Assembly (NCBI GenBank): GCA_964362765.1
Contig: CAYIFT010000001.1
Location: forward strand, 1 to 25,341
Direction of reading: 5' to 3'
Source: Candidatus Woesearchaeota archaeon
GTDB lineage: Archaea > Nanobdellota > Nanobdellia > SCGC-AAA011-G17 > UBA489
DNA: 25,341 bases
Shown one piece after another: positions 7,119 through 16,053 of the stretch (its first letter is position 1; each line of letters begins with the position of its first letter). Both the position numbers and the translations under genes were made by a program. The notes under the pieces were generated by a model. The model did no database searches. It had not been told where the DNA came from and saw only the letters and a list, made by a program, of their open reading frames with translations.

Positions 7119-8411
7119 TCTTTTAGTCAATCTTAATATCGATTGCTTATATTTAGATATAGCACAGTTAACTGGATTCTTGTATCTATTACAGATATTA
7201 TCTTCACATTTACAACCCATTCCAGCATAGTACATAGTATTAGAACAGTTTGGTGGAAGTATTTTCTGATTTTGTCTTTTGTGCCAGCTTATCTGGGCTT
7301 TAATGTAGCCTTCTTTTAATGGTTCATAATTTCTTTTGTTCCATTCTAACAAAATATTTTCAATTTCATCTATAGAATAATTCATATGCTTAAAGAAATT
7401 AATTAGAATAAATATGGCTCTTTTTCTTCCGTCTGTTGGTATTCCTTTTAATATTTTATTAATACAATCTGGAAAGAATTCTTCAGGAATCCTAGTTATT
7501 ACATTTTCATAAACCTTATCGTTTTTTATTGCTTCTTTCTTTTCTATCTTCTTTGCAAAGTCCAATGCCTGAATAATAAGCTGAGTTGCTTCTTGCTGAT
7601 TTACCTGCTTAATGAAGTCTTCTTCTACTTTTATTCTGTCTAACTTTGCTAAAGAAATATTAAAATCATCTAGTTGGTTTATTTTGAGCGGTATACTTAC
7701 CAATCCACTCTTTTCGTTCAAGCTAAACGGCGCTCTAAACATGTGGCGAGATGAAATAAAAACAGTATCTAATTCAACTATCGAAAATGGGTTAAAATTA
7801 TTGTTATTAACAATATCGGAAGGTTTCTTTTGAAGCGATGCTGCGATTTCTTCTATTGAACTTTTTTCTAGAATGTTTGAGGCTAAGTAATCCCTTATAA
7901 TATTTTTTATATATTCAGCAATATACCTGGGGGCTTCTGGAAATAATAATCTTGTATGAATATTATTTACCATCTCAGGAAAAGATTCAAATGGAACGCA
8001 TATATGGAATCCTCGATTACCTGAAAACTTTAACCCGATTGTTTTTATATTATGAAATTTTAAAGCTTCTATAATTAATTTAGTTGCTATCTTTGAGAAC
8101 TCTACGAAATCCGAATCAACATCGATTATGCAATCGAAACCTAATCTTAATTCATCTAAATCTTTCCTAGACATTCCTGACTTGAGAAGCATCGGATCTG
8201 ACCATCTTTCTTCAGAGATATGAAATGACGTTGCTCCTTGCTTGACAAAATCCATGATATCGTTTTCGTATAATAAAATATCTGGTCTTTTACTAAAACC
8301 CTTATCTCCAAATTTAACTGATACTTCTCTATTTTTCGAAATATTCAAGATTGCCTTTTGTACATCTTTTCTAGAATAATATCTTAATACCTCTTCGTTT
8401 GAAATGTGCAT
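7104..8411 (-). CDS. priS-priL: Fused DNA primase (PriS catalytic domain plus PriL C-terminal Fe-S domain)
   Basis: N-part has IIDVD (DxD), KFSGNRGFHI and HMFRAPFSLNEKSGLVS. C-part has FFPDCI, DGRKRAIFILINF, PPNC, CKC and ICNRYKNPV (PriL-CTD Cys ligands). Confidence 0.88.
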   Translation of the reverse strand: MHISNEEVLRYYSRKDVQKAILNISKNREVSVKFGDKGFSKRPDILLYENDIMDFVKQGATSFHISEERWSDPMLLKSGMSRKDLDELRLGFDCIIDVDSDFVEFSKIATKLIIEALKFHNIKTIGLKFSGNRGFHICVPFESFPEMVNNIHTRLLFPEAPRYIAEYIKNIIRDYLASNILEKSSIEEIAASLQKKPSDIVNNNNFNPFSIVELDTVFISSRHMFRAPFSLNEKSGLVSIPLKINQLDDFNISLAKLDRIKVEEDFIKQVNQQEATQLIIQALDFAKKIEKKEAIKNDKVYENVITRIPEEFFPDCINKILKGIPTDGRKRAIFILINFFKHMNYSIDEIENILLEWNKRNYEPLKEGYIKAQISWHKRQNQKILPPNCSNTMYYAGMGCKCEDNICNRYKNPVNCAISKYKQSILRLTKRSKRK

Positions 8412-8433
8412 AGAATTAAGCTAATAATGAAGA

Positions 8434-8441
8434 TATTTAAA
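8434..8441 (-). promoter_or_regulatory. Putative TATA box (TTTAAATA) for the primase gene
   Basis: Lies in the 56-nt pfdA-primase gap, about 23 nt upstream of the ATG at 8411 (leaderless spacing). Confidence 0.5.
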
Positions 8442-8467
8442 AATGTTGTTAGTGGAGTTGAGAAGTA

Positions 8468-8878
8468 TTATTTTTCAACAAGATTTTTCAATTCTTCCTG
8501 CAAATTAACTGCATAACTAATAATACCCTGAATATCTTCTTCTGTTTTCTTTACCACCATTTTAACATCTGCAATTTGCTTATTGACCATCTCTTTAACT
8601 TCATCCGGGGTTCTAATAATAGACACGTCAGCACCAACATTCACAAGAAGCTTGTTTGTATTTTTTAGTTCTGCTTCAGCATATATCCCTGAGCCTAAAG
8701 TTACAAATGTCTTTGCGTTTACATTAAGTTTCTTAAAATCATCTATAGACTCGGTTAATTTCATAAATTCTAGTAATTGCTGGTTTAGCAAAAGAATCTG
8801 CTGCTGGAGCTGTTTAATCTGTTGTTCAATATTTTGAAGTTCTAGATATTTTTTTTGAATTTCTTGTTGCTTATCCAT
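8468..8878 (-). CDS. pfdA: Prefoldin subunit alpha
   Basis: Coiled coil - beta hairpins (TFVTLGSGIYAEAEL...LLVNVGADVSI) - coiled coil architecture. Confidence 0.92.
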   Translation of the reverse strand: MDKQQEIQKKYLELQNIEQQIKQLQQQILLLNQQLLEFMKLTESIDDFKKLNVNAKTFVTLGSGIYAEAELKNTNKLLVNVGADVSIIRTPDEVKEMVNKQIADVKMVVKKTEEDIQGIISYAVNLQEELKNLVEK

Positions 8879-8880
8879 GT

Positions 8881-9282
8881 TTATTTCTTAGATTTAGATT
8901 CATTTTTAGATTCCTTCTTTTCCTCTTTTGCTGGTTTCTTTTCTTCTTTTAGTGGTTTCTTAGTTGGCTCTGGCGGTTTTATTTCTTTAGTTTCTTTTGA
9001 TTTTTCTTTAATTGATTGTGGCTTTTCTTTTTTTAGTTTAGGCTTTGCTTCTTTTACTTCGATGCTTATTTTCTTTAATTCAGAAACAACTTCATCATGA
9101 GAAGCATTCTTTTTTATTTTTAATAATTTATCTGTTGGTTCAAGATGATCTATATTACATCTTTTCCTTTTTACTTGACCGTCTACAAAAACAAAGTTAT
9201 CATTTATTTTGTCAACTACAACAGCTACTTTGCCTGATTCTCTTCCAGCAATCTTATAACAAATACGACCTATTTCTATCAT
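8881..9282 (-). CDS. rpl14e: 50S ribosomal protein L14e with a K/E/P-rich C-terminal extension
   Basis: IEIGRICYKIAGRESGK, VDG.VKRKRCNIDHLEPT. Confidence 0.95.
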   Translation of the reverse strand: MIEIGRICYKIAGRESGKVAVVVDKINDNFVFVDGQVKRKRCNIDHLEPTDKLLKIKKNASHDEVVSELKKISIEVKEAKPKLKKEKPQSIKEKSKETKEIKPPEPTKKPLKEEKKPAKEEKKESKNESKSKK

Positions 9283-9545
9283 TTTCTAACCATATCCTTA
9301 AGCTTTCTTCTTGAGCATACAGTACAGAATATTCCACCGAACATTCTTTCTGGTCTTTTCATTGTTTTAGGTAAATTACGCATTTTGTATGGCCTTTCTC
9401 TTGGAACACCTGCAAGAGCTCTGCCACAGCCTGCACATTGTGCTTTACTTGGTTTCTTTTTATGATAATGAATAGTTAATCTACCTCCGGGTAATTTTTT
9501 GTACACGATCCTTAATGATCTTGATCTTCTTCTCGGCGATGGCAT
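9279..9545 (-). CDS. rpl34e: 50S ribosomal protein L34e
   Basis: KLPGGRLTIHY, CAGCGRAL, KRPERMFGGIFCTVC. Confidence 0.96.
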   Translation of the reverse strand: MPSPRRRSRSLRIVYKKLPGGRLTIHYHKKKPSKAQCAGCGRALAGVPRERPYKMRNLPKTMKRPERMFGGIFCTVCSRRKLKDMVRK

Positions 9546-10307
9546 TTAATGCACCTTCATTATCTTTCTTAATATCATGCTGAATATGATTGAAAATATT
9601 ATATAAGTTCCCAACCATCCTAGCTTCCAACCGAGTAAATTAAGTATAATTCGCTTTGGGTAGCTTATGGTCAAAATGCTTAAATCCTGGTTTTTAAATT
9701 TTTTTATGTATTCATATTTTTTTGATCTTTCTCTTTCTTCTGATATTATGACATTCCTGCTATAGCTTTTACCATTATACTCTACAATGAGGGGATATTC
9801 TCCCTTTGGCCCTTTTAAACGCCATTCTGCTGCATCTTTCTTAATTTCCTGATTCGGCTCTGATGATAAAGTAAGACCTTCGTGACTCGCTAGTTTTATT
9901 TCACCGGAAATACCTTTTGAAAATGTCGCGGATAGGGTAAATTCCTGTTCTGGTTTAATTGGATCGTATGAAAATGCAGTGCTCATCCATCCAAAGATTA
10001 TAATTATCGGGATTAATGTTATTAATGTGGGTTTAAAACTTCCTTTCATTAATACTGCACTTCTCTTCCATATCTCTTGATTTATTTCCATCATCTTTTG
10101 AGGATTATTCTTATGCTTCTTTAATTCCTGCTGCAACATCTTCGTTTCTTCTTTTGCAGTTTTAATTTCCGACTGATTTGTCAAATATTTATAAGTAAGT
10201 GTTATAATGAATGTGATTATTAATGTTATAATAGCCATGCTAACTACAGGTGGCAGATTATTTACAACTGGCCCGAATATAAAATTGAAAAATCCATCAA
10301 GTACCAT
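9546..10307 (-). CDS. DUF106 / EMC3-TMCO1 (Oxa1-superfamily) membrane protein
   Basis: Start moved to ATG 10307 (GAAGGT SD-like upstream). TM1, cytoplasmic coiled coil, FKPTLITLIPIIIIFGW, and terminal LGWLGTYIIFSIIFSMILRK. Canonical position after secY. Confidence 0.88.
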   Translation of the reverse strand: MVLDGFFNFIFGPVVNNLPPVVSMAIITLIITFIITLTYKYLTNQSEIKTAKEETKMLQQELKKHKNNPQKMMEINQEIWKRSAVLMKGSFKPTLITLIPIIIIFGWMSTAFSYDPIKPEQEFTLSATFSKGISGEIKLASHEGLTLSSEPNQEIKKDAAEWRLKGPKGEYPLIVEYNGKSYSRNVIISEERERSKKYEYIKKFKNQDLSILTISYPKRIILNLLGWKLGWLGTYIIFSIIFSMILRKIMKVH

Positions 10308-10311
10308 ATAA

Positions 10312-11718
10312 TTAACCTTCAATCATTTTTCTTAATCCTGGATACATGTCAACCATATGCTGTTGAGCAATATCCTCATATAATTTGTAAACGATCATAA
10401 CAGTGAGCAATAATCCTGTACCACTTGTTAATGCATTAAGTACATCTGCTGTAGCAGCTAATATTCCGATTGTGATTCCACCAAGCACTGTTAATGGGGT
10501 GATGTACCTTTTTAATATTTGCTCTAATACTCTTGGATCCCTTCTGAAACCAGGGATCTGTAAGCCTGATGCCATTATCTGTTTTGCCTGCGAACCAGCA
10601 TCCATTCCGGATGTCTGGACCCAGAATATTGAGAATATTACAGAACCTGCAACTAGAAATAATCCGTAAACAATCGCATGAGCAGCGTGCGTTAATCTTA
10701 ATGATCCCGTCAATATAAGTTGAACAATATTTGGTGGAAATAGCCATGAAACAATTCCTGTTGTTGGGGTATTTCCTACAAAGGTTCCTAAAATAGGATG
10801 ACCCCATTTCTCCATGAGATGAGCCCACAGTTGAATATTCGCAATTAAAGCTGCTGTTAAAATTACTGGTATATTTGATGTGTAAAGAAATCTTAGAGGC
10901 CATCTGATACCATATCCCCTAACTCTTCCGAACGAGAGGGGAATTTCTATCTTCATAGACTGGCCATATACTGAGAAGACAAATACAAGAATTGTGGCTA
11001 GTATAGCTGATAGTGCAATCCCGGCACCAATAGGATTTCCACCTATCAAGGATGAAAACAATACCCATATTTGACCTACTGGTGGTTGACCCGAGCCAAG
11101 AGCAAATTTGCCTGCGCTGGTTAATGGAGAGAATGCTCTTATGAAAATCTGGCTTGAGACTCCTGCAGCAATGAACAAGGATACACCAGATCCAAAACCA
11201 TATTTGCTTACAACTTCATCCATATAAACAACAAGCAATCCGCCTAAGAATAGCTGAGATATAAGTAATAGTTGAATTGGGAAATATGACCCGGTTCCAA
11301 GTAAATCTTGTGATGGAGCTAAACCACCCATAAAAACATAAACTGCTGATTCGAATACGATAAAAAAGAGTGTTAATATTTTATTTAAGCCCTGGAATTT
11401 GGCTCTGCCTTCTTTTGTTGTTGTGTCTATCTTTAATATGCCTGAACCTGTCAATAACTGCAACACAATTGATGCTGTTACGATAGGTCCTATTCCTAAA
11501 GACAGTATAGAACCAAAGCTAGCGCCCAGGATTATTGATAATGACTCAAATTGAGATAATGCATTTTCTCCAAGACCAAATAATGGTATTATTGATAGGA
11601 CAAAGAATGCAACAAGGATTATTAGAGTCCATTTTAGTTTAACTTTGAAAGATAGCTTTTTTTCTAAAGGGCGCTTTACTTCTGGAAGAAGAGCTAGAAT
11701 TTTATCGAAAGAAGTCAT
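10312..11718 (-). CDS. secY: Preprotein translocase subunit SecY
   Basis: LGIGPIVTASIVLQLL, GFGSGVSLFIA, LYTSNIPVIL, IPGFRRDPR; about 10 TM segments. Confidence 0.98.
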   Translation of the reverse strand: MTSFDKILALLPEVKRPLEKKLSFKVKLKWTLIILVAFFVLSIIPLFGLGENALSQFESLSIILGASFGSILSLGIGPIVTASIVLQLLTGSGILKIDTTTKEGRAKFQGLNKILTLFFIVFESAVYVFMGGLAPSQDLLGTGSYFPIQLLLISQLFLGGLLVVYMDEVVSKYGFGSGVSLFIAAGVSSQIFIRAFSPLTSAGKFALGSGQPPVGQIWVLFSSLIGGNPIGAGIALSAILATILVFVFSVYGQSMKIEIPLSFGRVRGYGIRWPLRFLYTSNIPVILTAALIANIQLWAHLMEKWGHPILGTFVGNTPTTGIVSWLFPPNIVQLILTGSLRLTHAAHAIVYGLFLVAGSVIFSIFWVQTSGMDAGSQAKQIMASGLQIPGFRRDPRVLEQILKRYITPLTVLGGITIGILAATADVLNALTSGTGLLLTVMIVYKLYEDIAQQHMVDMYPGLRKMIEG

Positions 11719-12116
11719 TTTGTTATGACCTGTCCTCCAGCCTTTTCTATCTTCTCCTTGGCTTTTTTGCTGCAGTTTGAAACAGTGATCTTGTATTTTA
11801 ATTTTGGAATACCTTCGCTAAGGAGTTTTGAATAACCAAGCTCTGTGAGATTTACTTCTTGTTTTTCTGGCAGATCCTTAATGTTAATTATTCTATCATC
11901 TTTTTTATACATCTGCGGCCTTTTGAAACCATATTTACCAAAATAATCTGGATTCTCTTTCAAAAGCCCGGGCTTTTTCTGCTGAGCTCTTTTTCCAGTG
12001 CCTGCCATTCCTCTACCGCCACGATTACCAGCACCTCTGCCTTTCTTCTTGCTACCATAACCATGAGTGGAGTACCCTCTGTACCTGGATAATTTTTTTC
12101 TTCTATTTACAGTCAT
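11715..12116 (-). CDS. rpl15: 50S ribosomal protein uL15
   Basis: RGYSTHGYG...GRGAGNRGGRGMAG, YFGKYGF, KAKEKIEKAGG. Confidence 0.97.
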   Translation of the reverse strand: MTVNRRKKLSRYRGYSTHGYGSKKKGRGAGNRGGRGMAGTGKRAQQKKPGLLKENPDYFGKYGFKRPQMYKKDDRIINIKDLPEKQEVNLTELGYSKLLSEGIPKLKYKITVSNCSKKAKEKIEKAGGQVITK

Positions 12117-12117
12117 T

Positions 12118-12597
12118 TTATATCATCCTTTTTAACAATTCATTGATATTATCTTTTCTATAACCGAGAGCTCCTCCAAGAGAATACGGTGCTTTTAGTC
12201 CTTTTTTTTCAAATCCCTTTCGTGGTGGGGCAAGTTTGAAAAACTGCTTTATACCAGGTATATCATAGAGATTTTTTTTGAATTCCATAAAATCTTTAAC
12301 AAAACTTTCGAAATTTGTTTTTAGTTTTTCCTTAATATAATTTTCATTGAGAGACTGATTACCTGGCAATTTACCTCTTTTTGTTAGCATTAATCTTACT
12401 GTTTCTGTATCTACTTCGCCCCAAGTAGCTGCATCTTTTATTTTTTCTAACATTCCAATGTACTGGGGTGTATTAGGAACAATAACGCAATGATTTTTTT
12501 TGTATAATTTTAATAATTTGAATGTCTTTCTAATGTCTACCCTTAATCCAATGTCGCCCTTCAATCTTACTATTGCAATTCTTCTGTTCTGCGCCAT
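12118..12597 (-). CDS. rpl30: 50S ribosomal protein uL30 (long archaeal form)
   Basis: Start moved to ATG 12597. IAIVRLKG, ATWGEVD, FFKLAPPRKGF, GALGYR..INELLKRM. Confidence 0.96.
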   Translation of the reverse strand: MAQNRRIAIVRLKGDIGLRVDIRKTFKLLKLYKKNHCVIVPNTPQYIGMLEKIKDAATWGEVDTETVRLMLTKRGKLPGNQSLNENYIKEKLKTNFESFVKDFMEFKKNLYDIPGIKQFFKLAPPRKGFEKKGLKAPYSLGGALGYRKDNINELLKRMI

Positions 12598-12598
12598 T

Positions 12599-13399
12599 TT
12601 AGCTTTTATTACCTTCAACTATTCCTGCTTTGGTATAATAATTCTCAGGAACTTTCATTTCTGATAATTTTTTTAATGCATCAAAACAAGCTTTCATGAA
12701 ATTAAGCTTAGTTCTTGTCTGACCGAATGTTCTTGCATACACATCCTTCACACCGGCTAATGCCAATATCTTTTTGCATTCTTTTTCTATACATAGGTTT
12801 GTTCCTTTTGGTGCTGGAATCAATTCTATTTTAACAGAGCCACATTTTCCTTTTACTTGAAATGGAATAGAATGTGGTGATGCGCATCTACAGGCCCATG
12901 ATCCACATCCTCTTCGTATTTTTATTATATTTAATTTCGCCGTCCTGATTGCTTTTTCTCTTGCCGGTACAGTTTCTCTTGCCTTACCAAGACCTACGCC
13001 GACATATCCATTTCTATTTCCAATGACAATAAGCGTGGAAAAGCTTGGTTTATTTCCTTCAGGAGTTTTTTTCTGGGTCTGTCTCCATATACTTCTCTTA
13101 CCACCACCAAATTTTCCCTTCGATTGGCCTATTGATAAAATATCTATTTCAAGGTTAGAAACTAAACAGTCAACTATTTCAGGTTCCATGATTCTAAATC
13201 CTTTATCGAGGATTTCATCTATATCTTTTATTTCAGCTGCTTTTACTTTTTTACCAAGCAATGTAATGGGTTGCCATGCTTCTCTATCAAAAGTCTCTGA
13301 TTGCGGAGGTTTTGTAATTACCTCAGCAGGTTTTTCGATAGAAGCTGCAACTACTTCCTGCTTAGCTAATTCTTCATTCGGTAATTTGGGGTTTAACAT
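12599..13399 (-). CDS. rps5: 30S ribosomal protein uS5
   Basis: WQPITLLGKKV, GNRNGYVGVG, GCGSWACRC, LIPAPKGT, GQTRT. Confidence 0.97.
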   Translation of the reverse strand: MLNPKLPNEELAKQEVVAASIEKPAEVITKPPQSETFDREAWQPITLLGKKVKAAEIKDIDEILDKGFRIMEPEIVDCLVSNLEIDILSIGQSKGKFGGGKRSIWRQTQKKTPEGNKPSFSTLIVIGNRNGYVGVGLGKARETVPAREKAIRTAKLNIIKIRRGCGSWACRCASPHSIPFQVKGKCGSVKIELIPAPKGTNLCIEKECKKILALAGVKDVYARTFGQTRTKLNFMKACFDALKKLSEMKVPENYYTKAGIVEGNKS

Positions 13400-13898
13400 T
13401 TTGCTTTATCACAAATTTATTTTTAATATTGGCTAATGTTTTTTCAAATGGATTGTTTTTTAAATGTTTTCCAGTTATTCTGTCCTGATTTGGGAATAGA
13501 TCAGGCGAATGTGGAATTTTCAGGCCTGCGTCAATAGCCCCTTTTAGTGCAGCAAACATTATTGATCCTTTTGTTGTTTTGTGTAAACCAACATCATAGA
13601 TAACTTCTACGATATCTTTGCTTTTTGATTTGAGACCGGTTAAATAACCAATCAGATAAGCTGCAGGTGTATTTCTACGTGCAATATTCCAGCCGTATTT
13701 TTCAAGCTCTTTGGTAGTAGATGTTATAATTACTGTATCACCTTTAGGATTATATTTTATAATCTGCATTATAATATTCTTAGTTTTCTTTCTAAATATA
13801 AGTCTTGGTTTTCCTGATGCTAGGAGTCTGTATCGCTGCCTATAATCAGTTTTACCCAGTCTTCTTCTCTTTAGCGGTAATATTTGTCTTGATTTCAT
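13374..13898 (-). CDS. rpl18: 50S ribosomal protein uL18
   Basis: RRRLGKTDYRQR, NTPAAYLIG, FAALKGAIDAGLKIPH. Confidence 0.96.
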   Translation of the reverse strand: MKSRQILPLKRRRLGKTDYRQRYRLLASGKPRLIFRKKTKNIIMQIIKYNPKGDTVIITSTTKELEKYGWNIARRNTPAAYLIGYLTGLKSKSKDIVEVIYDVGLHKTTKGSIMFAALKGAIDAGLKIPHSPDLFPNQDRITGKHLKNNPFEKTLANIKNKFVIKQNVKPQITE

Positions 13899-14343
13899 GT
13901 TTGCCTAAACCATGTTCTTCTAAATATAACTTAATATGAGCTTTACTTCTGAAGAATCCTCCCTTAGACTTCATGTATAAAGATTTATAGATTGGCGGTG
14001 TAATTATCTTTTTATTTCTTAAAAGCCTGAGGAATTTTCTTTGAAGTCTTATTTTTTTAATCCATGTTCTTCTTGCTTTAGTTCTTACAGATTTACCTCC
14101 TTTTCTAGAGCCCTGACCGCTTAATCTGCCTTTTCTTTTTTGAGTTAATCTTCTTCTAAATCTAAAACTTGATATCGATTCTTTCTGCTTTTTTTGAATC
14201 GCTAAATCTTTAATCAGGGACCTGATATCGTATTTAGTTATGGCTTCTTTAATCTCACTCAGTCTATTAGGATCAAACCATATTCTGCTTTCTCCACATT
14301 TCAAAAGATCTGCGGAAATCCTTCTTTGTGTTGTTAGCTTCAT
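13852..14343 (-). CDS. rpl19e: 50S ribosomal protein L19e
   Basis: QRRISADLLKCGESRIWFDP, GQGSRKG, LYMKSKGGFFRS. Confidence 0.97.
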   Translation of the reverse strand: MKLTTQRRISADLLKCGESRIWFDPNRLSEIKEAITKYDIRSLIKDLAIQKKQKESISSFRFRRRLTQKRKGRLSGQGSRKGGKSVRTKARRTWIKKIRLQRKFLRLLRNKKIITPPIYKSLYMKSKGGFFRSKAHIKLYLEEHGLGKHEIKTNITAKEKKTG

Positions 14344-14344
14344 T

Positions 14345-14890
14345 TTATTTCATCTCTAATACTTTCTTCTTATCTTCTTTCTCGCGCTTCTCTCTTTCTT
14401 CTAGCGTTTCTTTCTTAGCTTCTTTCTTGACCTCTGGTTTCTTTTCTTTGACAACTGCTTCTTTCTTCTTAGTCGCTTCTTTTCTGAGCCTTAGTTTTTC
14501 TTCAGTTTTCTTTACGAATTCATCCAAATTTGGAACGTTCATAATTTTGATGCCTCTCTCTTTTGCTTTTTTTACAATCTCCAATTTTTTCTTAGTTCCA
14601 ACAGTAGAAGATATTGTCTTTGGATCATTTGTTGATAATAATTCTTGAACATTATTTATTATAACTAACTTATATCCTTCAGGGGTTAGGCCTCTAACAT
14701 CAGATGGAGATGACCAACCTGGATTTGGCTGTCTGCGATGCCCTTTTATTTTTTCACGCATCTTTGAATGTATTCCTTTAGGGTATCTCCATTTTTTCTT
14801 CAATGTTTTAACTTTATGAGCATCCTGTCTAAGGAAAGTTGGCTTCTTAGCCTTCAATTTTTTCCTGATATCAAGCATGTCTGATTTCAT
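14345..14890 (-). CDS. rpl32e: 50S ribosomal protein L32e with a K/E-rich C-terminal extension
   Basis: KKPTFLRQDAHK, WRYPKGIHSK, VRGLTPEGY, VGTKKK.EI. Confidence 0.96.
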   Translation of the reverse strand: MKSDMLDIRKKLKAKKPTFLRQDAHKVKTLKKKWRYPKGIHSKMREKIKGHRRQPNPGWSSPSDVRGLTPEGYKLVIINNVQELLSTNDPKTISSTVGTKKKLEIVKKAKERGIKIMNVPNLDEFVKKTEEKLRLRKEATKKKEAVVKEKKPEVKKEAKKETLEEREKREKEDKKKVLEMK

Positions 14891-15423
14891 TGTGGTTTCT
14901 CGGTGATGTATATTCCGTCCTGAAATATTCTTCTGTCACGATTTCTGATTACTGTTGCTCTCTCAATGTTTGCTGCTGTTTGACCTGCAGCTTCGAGATT
15001 GTGACTTTCTACTGTGATCTGGTCGCCATTAATGGTTAATTTAACATCTGGAAGGATTATGGCTCTTCTTGGAATCTTCTCTCCTAAAAAATTAGAGATA
15101 ATAAGATTATTACCTTCTAATTTTACAGACATTGGAAAATGACCAGAACAAACTTTTAAACAGTATAAAAATGGTTTGTTCAATCCTGCAATCATATTTT
15201 TTATGTGCGCCAGTGTTGTATAAAGTTCTCTCTTATATTTTCTTGATTTTTTATTGGAGAATAATATGATTTTTTTATCTGCCTTCTGTATTACTATGTT
15301 TGCTCCTGGCAACTTTTTTTCTAGCTTCATATTATCTCTTGAAAATTTAATTTTATCGTCTATTTCAAATCTAACAGTTTCTGGTACCGTGATCTCTTCT
15401 TTATAATAAGCACTATCTTTCAT
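14887..15423 (-). CDS. rpl6: 50S ribosomal protein uL6
   Basis: Start moved to ATG 15423. HFPMSV, NFLGEKIPR, GQTAANIE, DRRIFQDGIYI. Confidence 0.96.
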   Translation of the reverse strand: MKDSAYYKEEITVPETVRFEIDDKIKFSRDNMKLEKKLPGANIVIQKADKKIILFSNKKSRKYKRELYTTLAHIKNMIAGLNKPFLYCLKVCSGHFPMSVKLEGNNLIISNFLGEKIPRRAIILPDVKLTINGDQITVESHNLEAAGQTAANIERATVIRNRDRRIFQDGIYITEKPQ

Positions 15424-15430
15424 TTTAGTT

Positions 15431-15820
15431 TCAGTATATGTAGGCAATTAATTTTCCCCCTAGATTTTTCTCCTTGGCCTCTTGGTGTGTCATTAAGCCT
15501 TTTGGTGTAGATATTATTAAAATACCAAAATCTTTTGCTGGTAAGAATCTTTTCTCAAATTTCTCATAATCTTCTTTTTTAACGGAAAATCTTGGTTTAA
15601 TCGCTCCACATTTATTGATTCTTCCTATTAGATTAATTTTCACCGTGTTACCTTTACCATCGCTTATAATTTCATAACTACCAACATACCGGTTACCTTG
15701 CATGATAGTCAGCACTTGTTCTATTAATTTCGATGATGGTCTGGCAGTACAACTACCTTTTCCTGATTTTGCTGCATTCAATATGTTGCTTAACACATTT
15801 GCTAATGAATCATTTAACAT
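15431..15820 (-). CDS. rps8: 30S ribosomal protein uS8
   Basis: DSLANVLSNI, INKCGAIKPRF, FLPAKDFGILIISTPKGLMTH. Confidence 0.97.
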   Translation of the reverse strand: MLNDSLANVLSNILNAAKSGKGSCTARPSSKLIEQVLTIMQGNRYVGSYEIISDGKGNTVKINLIGRINKCGAIKPRFSVKKEDYEKFEKRFLPAKDFGILIISTPKGLMTHQEAKEKNLGGKLIAYIY

Positions 15821-15821
15821 T

Positions 15822-16052
15822 TTAGTTATATTTCCTAAATCCTATTTTTTGTGCTGTTTCCCTAAAGCATTGCCTGCATAGTTTTAATCCCCATCTTTGG
15901 ATGTGTGCACCTGTTCTGCCACACCGTCTGCACTTTTTATGATGAACCCCAGCAGAGCGCTTTTTTGGCGCATTGTGTTTTATGAATTTGGTTAATTTTG
16001 CTGGCTTTGCTTTAAGCTGCTTAAACACTTTTGTATAATTGCTTGTTGTCAT
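15822..16052 (-). CDS. rps14: 30S ribosomal protein uS14 (Zn-binding), N-terminally extended
   Basis: CRRCGR...LKLCRQCFRETAQKIGFRKY. Confidence 0.95.
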   Translation of the reverse strand: MTTSNYTKVFKQLKAKPAKLTKFIKHNAPKKRSAGVHHKKCRRCGRTGAHIQRWGLKLCRQCFRETAQKIGFRKYN

Positions 16053-16053
16053 T

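Noticed and set aside
10436-10903. 155-aa same-strand alternative-frame ORF inside secY
   Set aside because: It is fully nested in a highly conserved gene with no recognisable motif, and is expected by chance in a locally stop-poor frame.
12860-12910. Cys-rich GCGSWACRC motif in uS5
   Set aside because: This is a standard feature of archaeal uS5, not an insertion.
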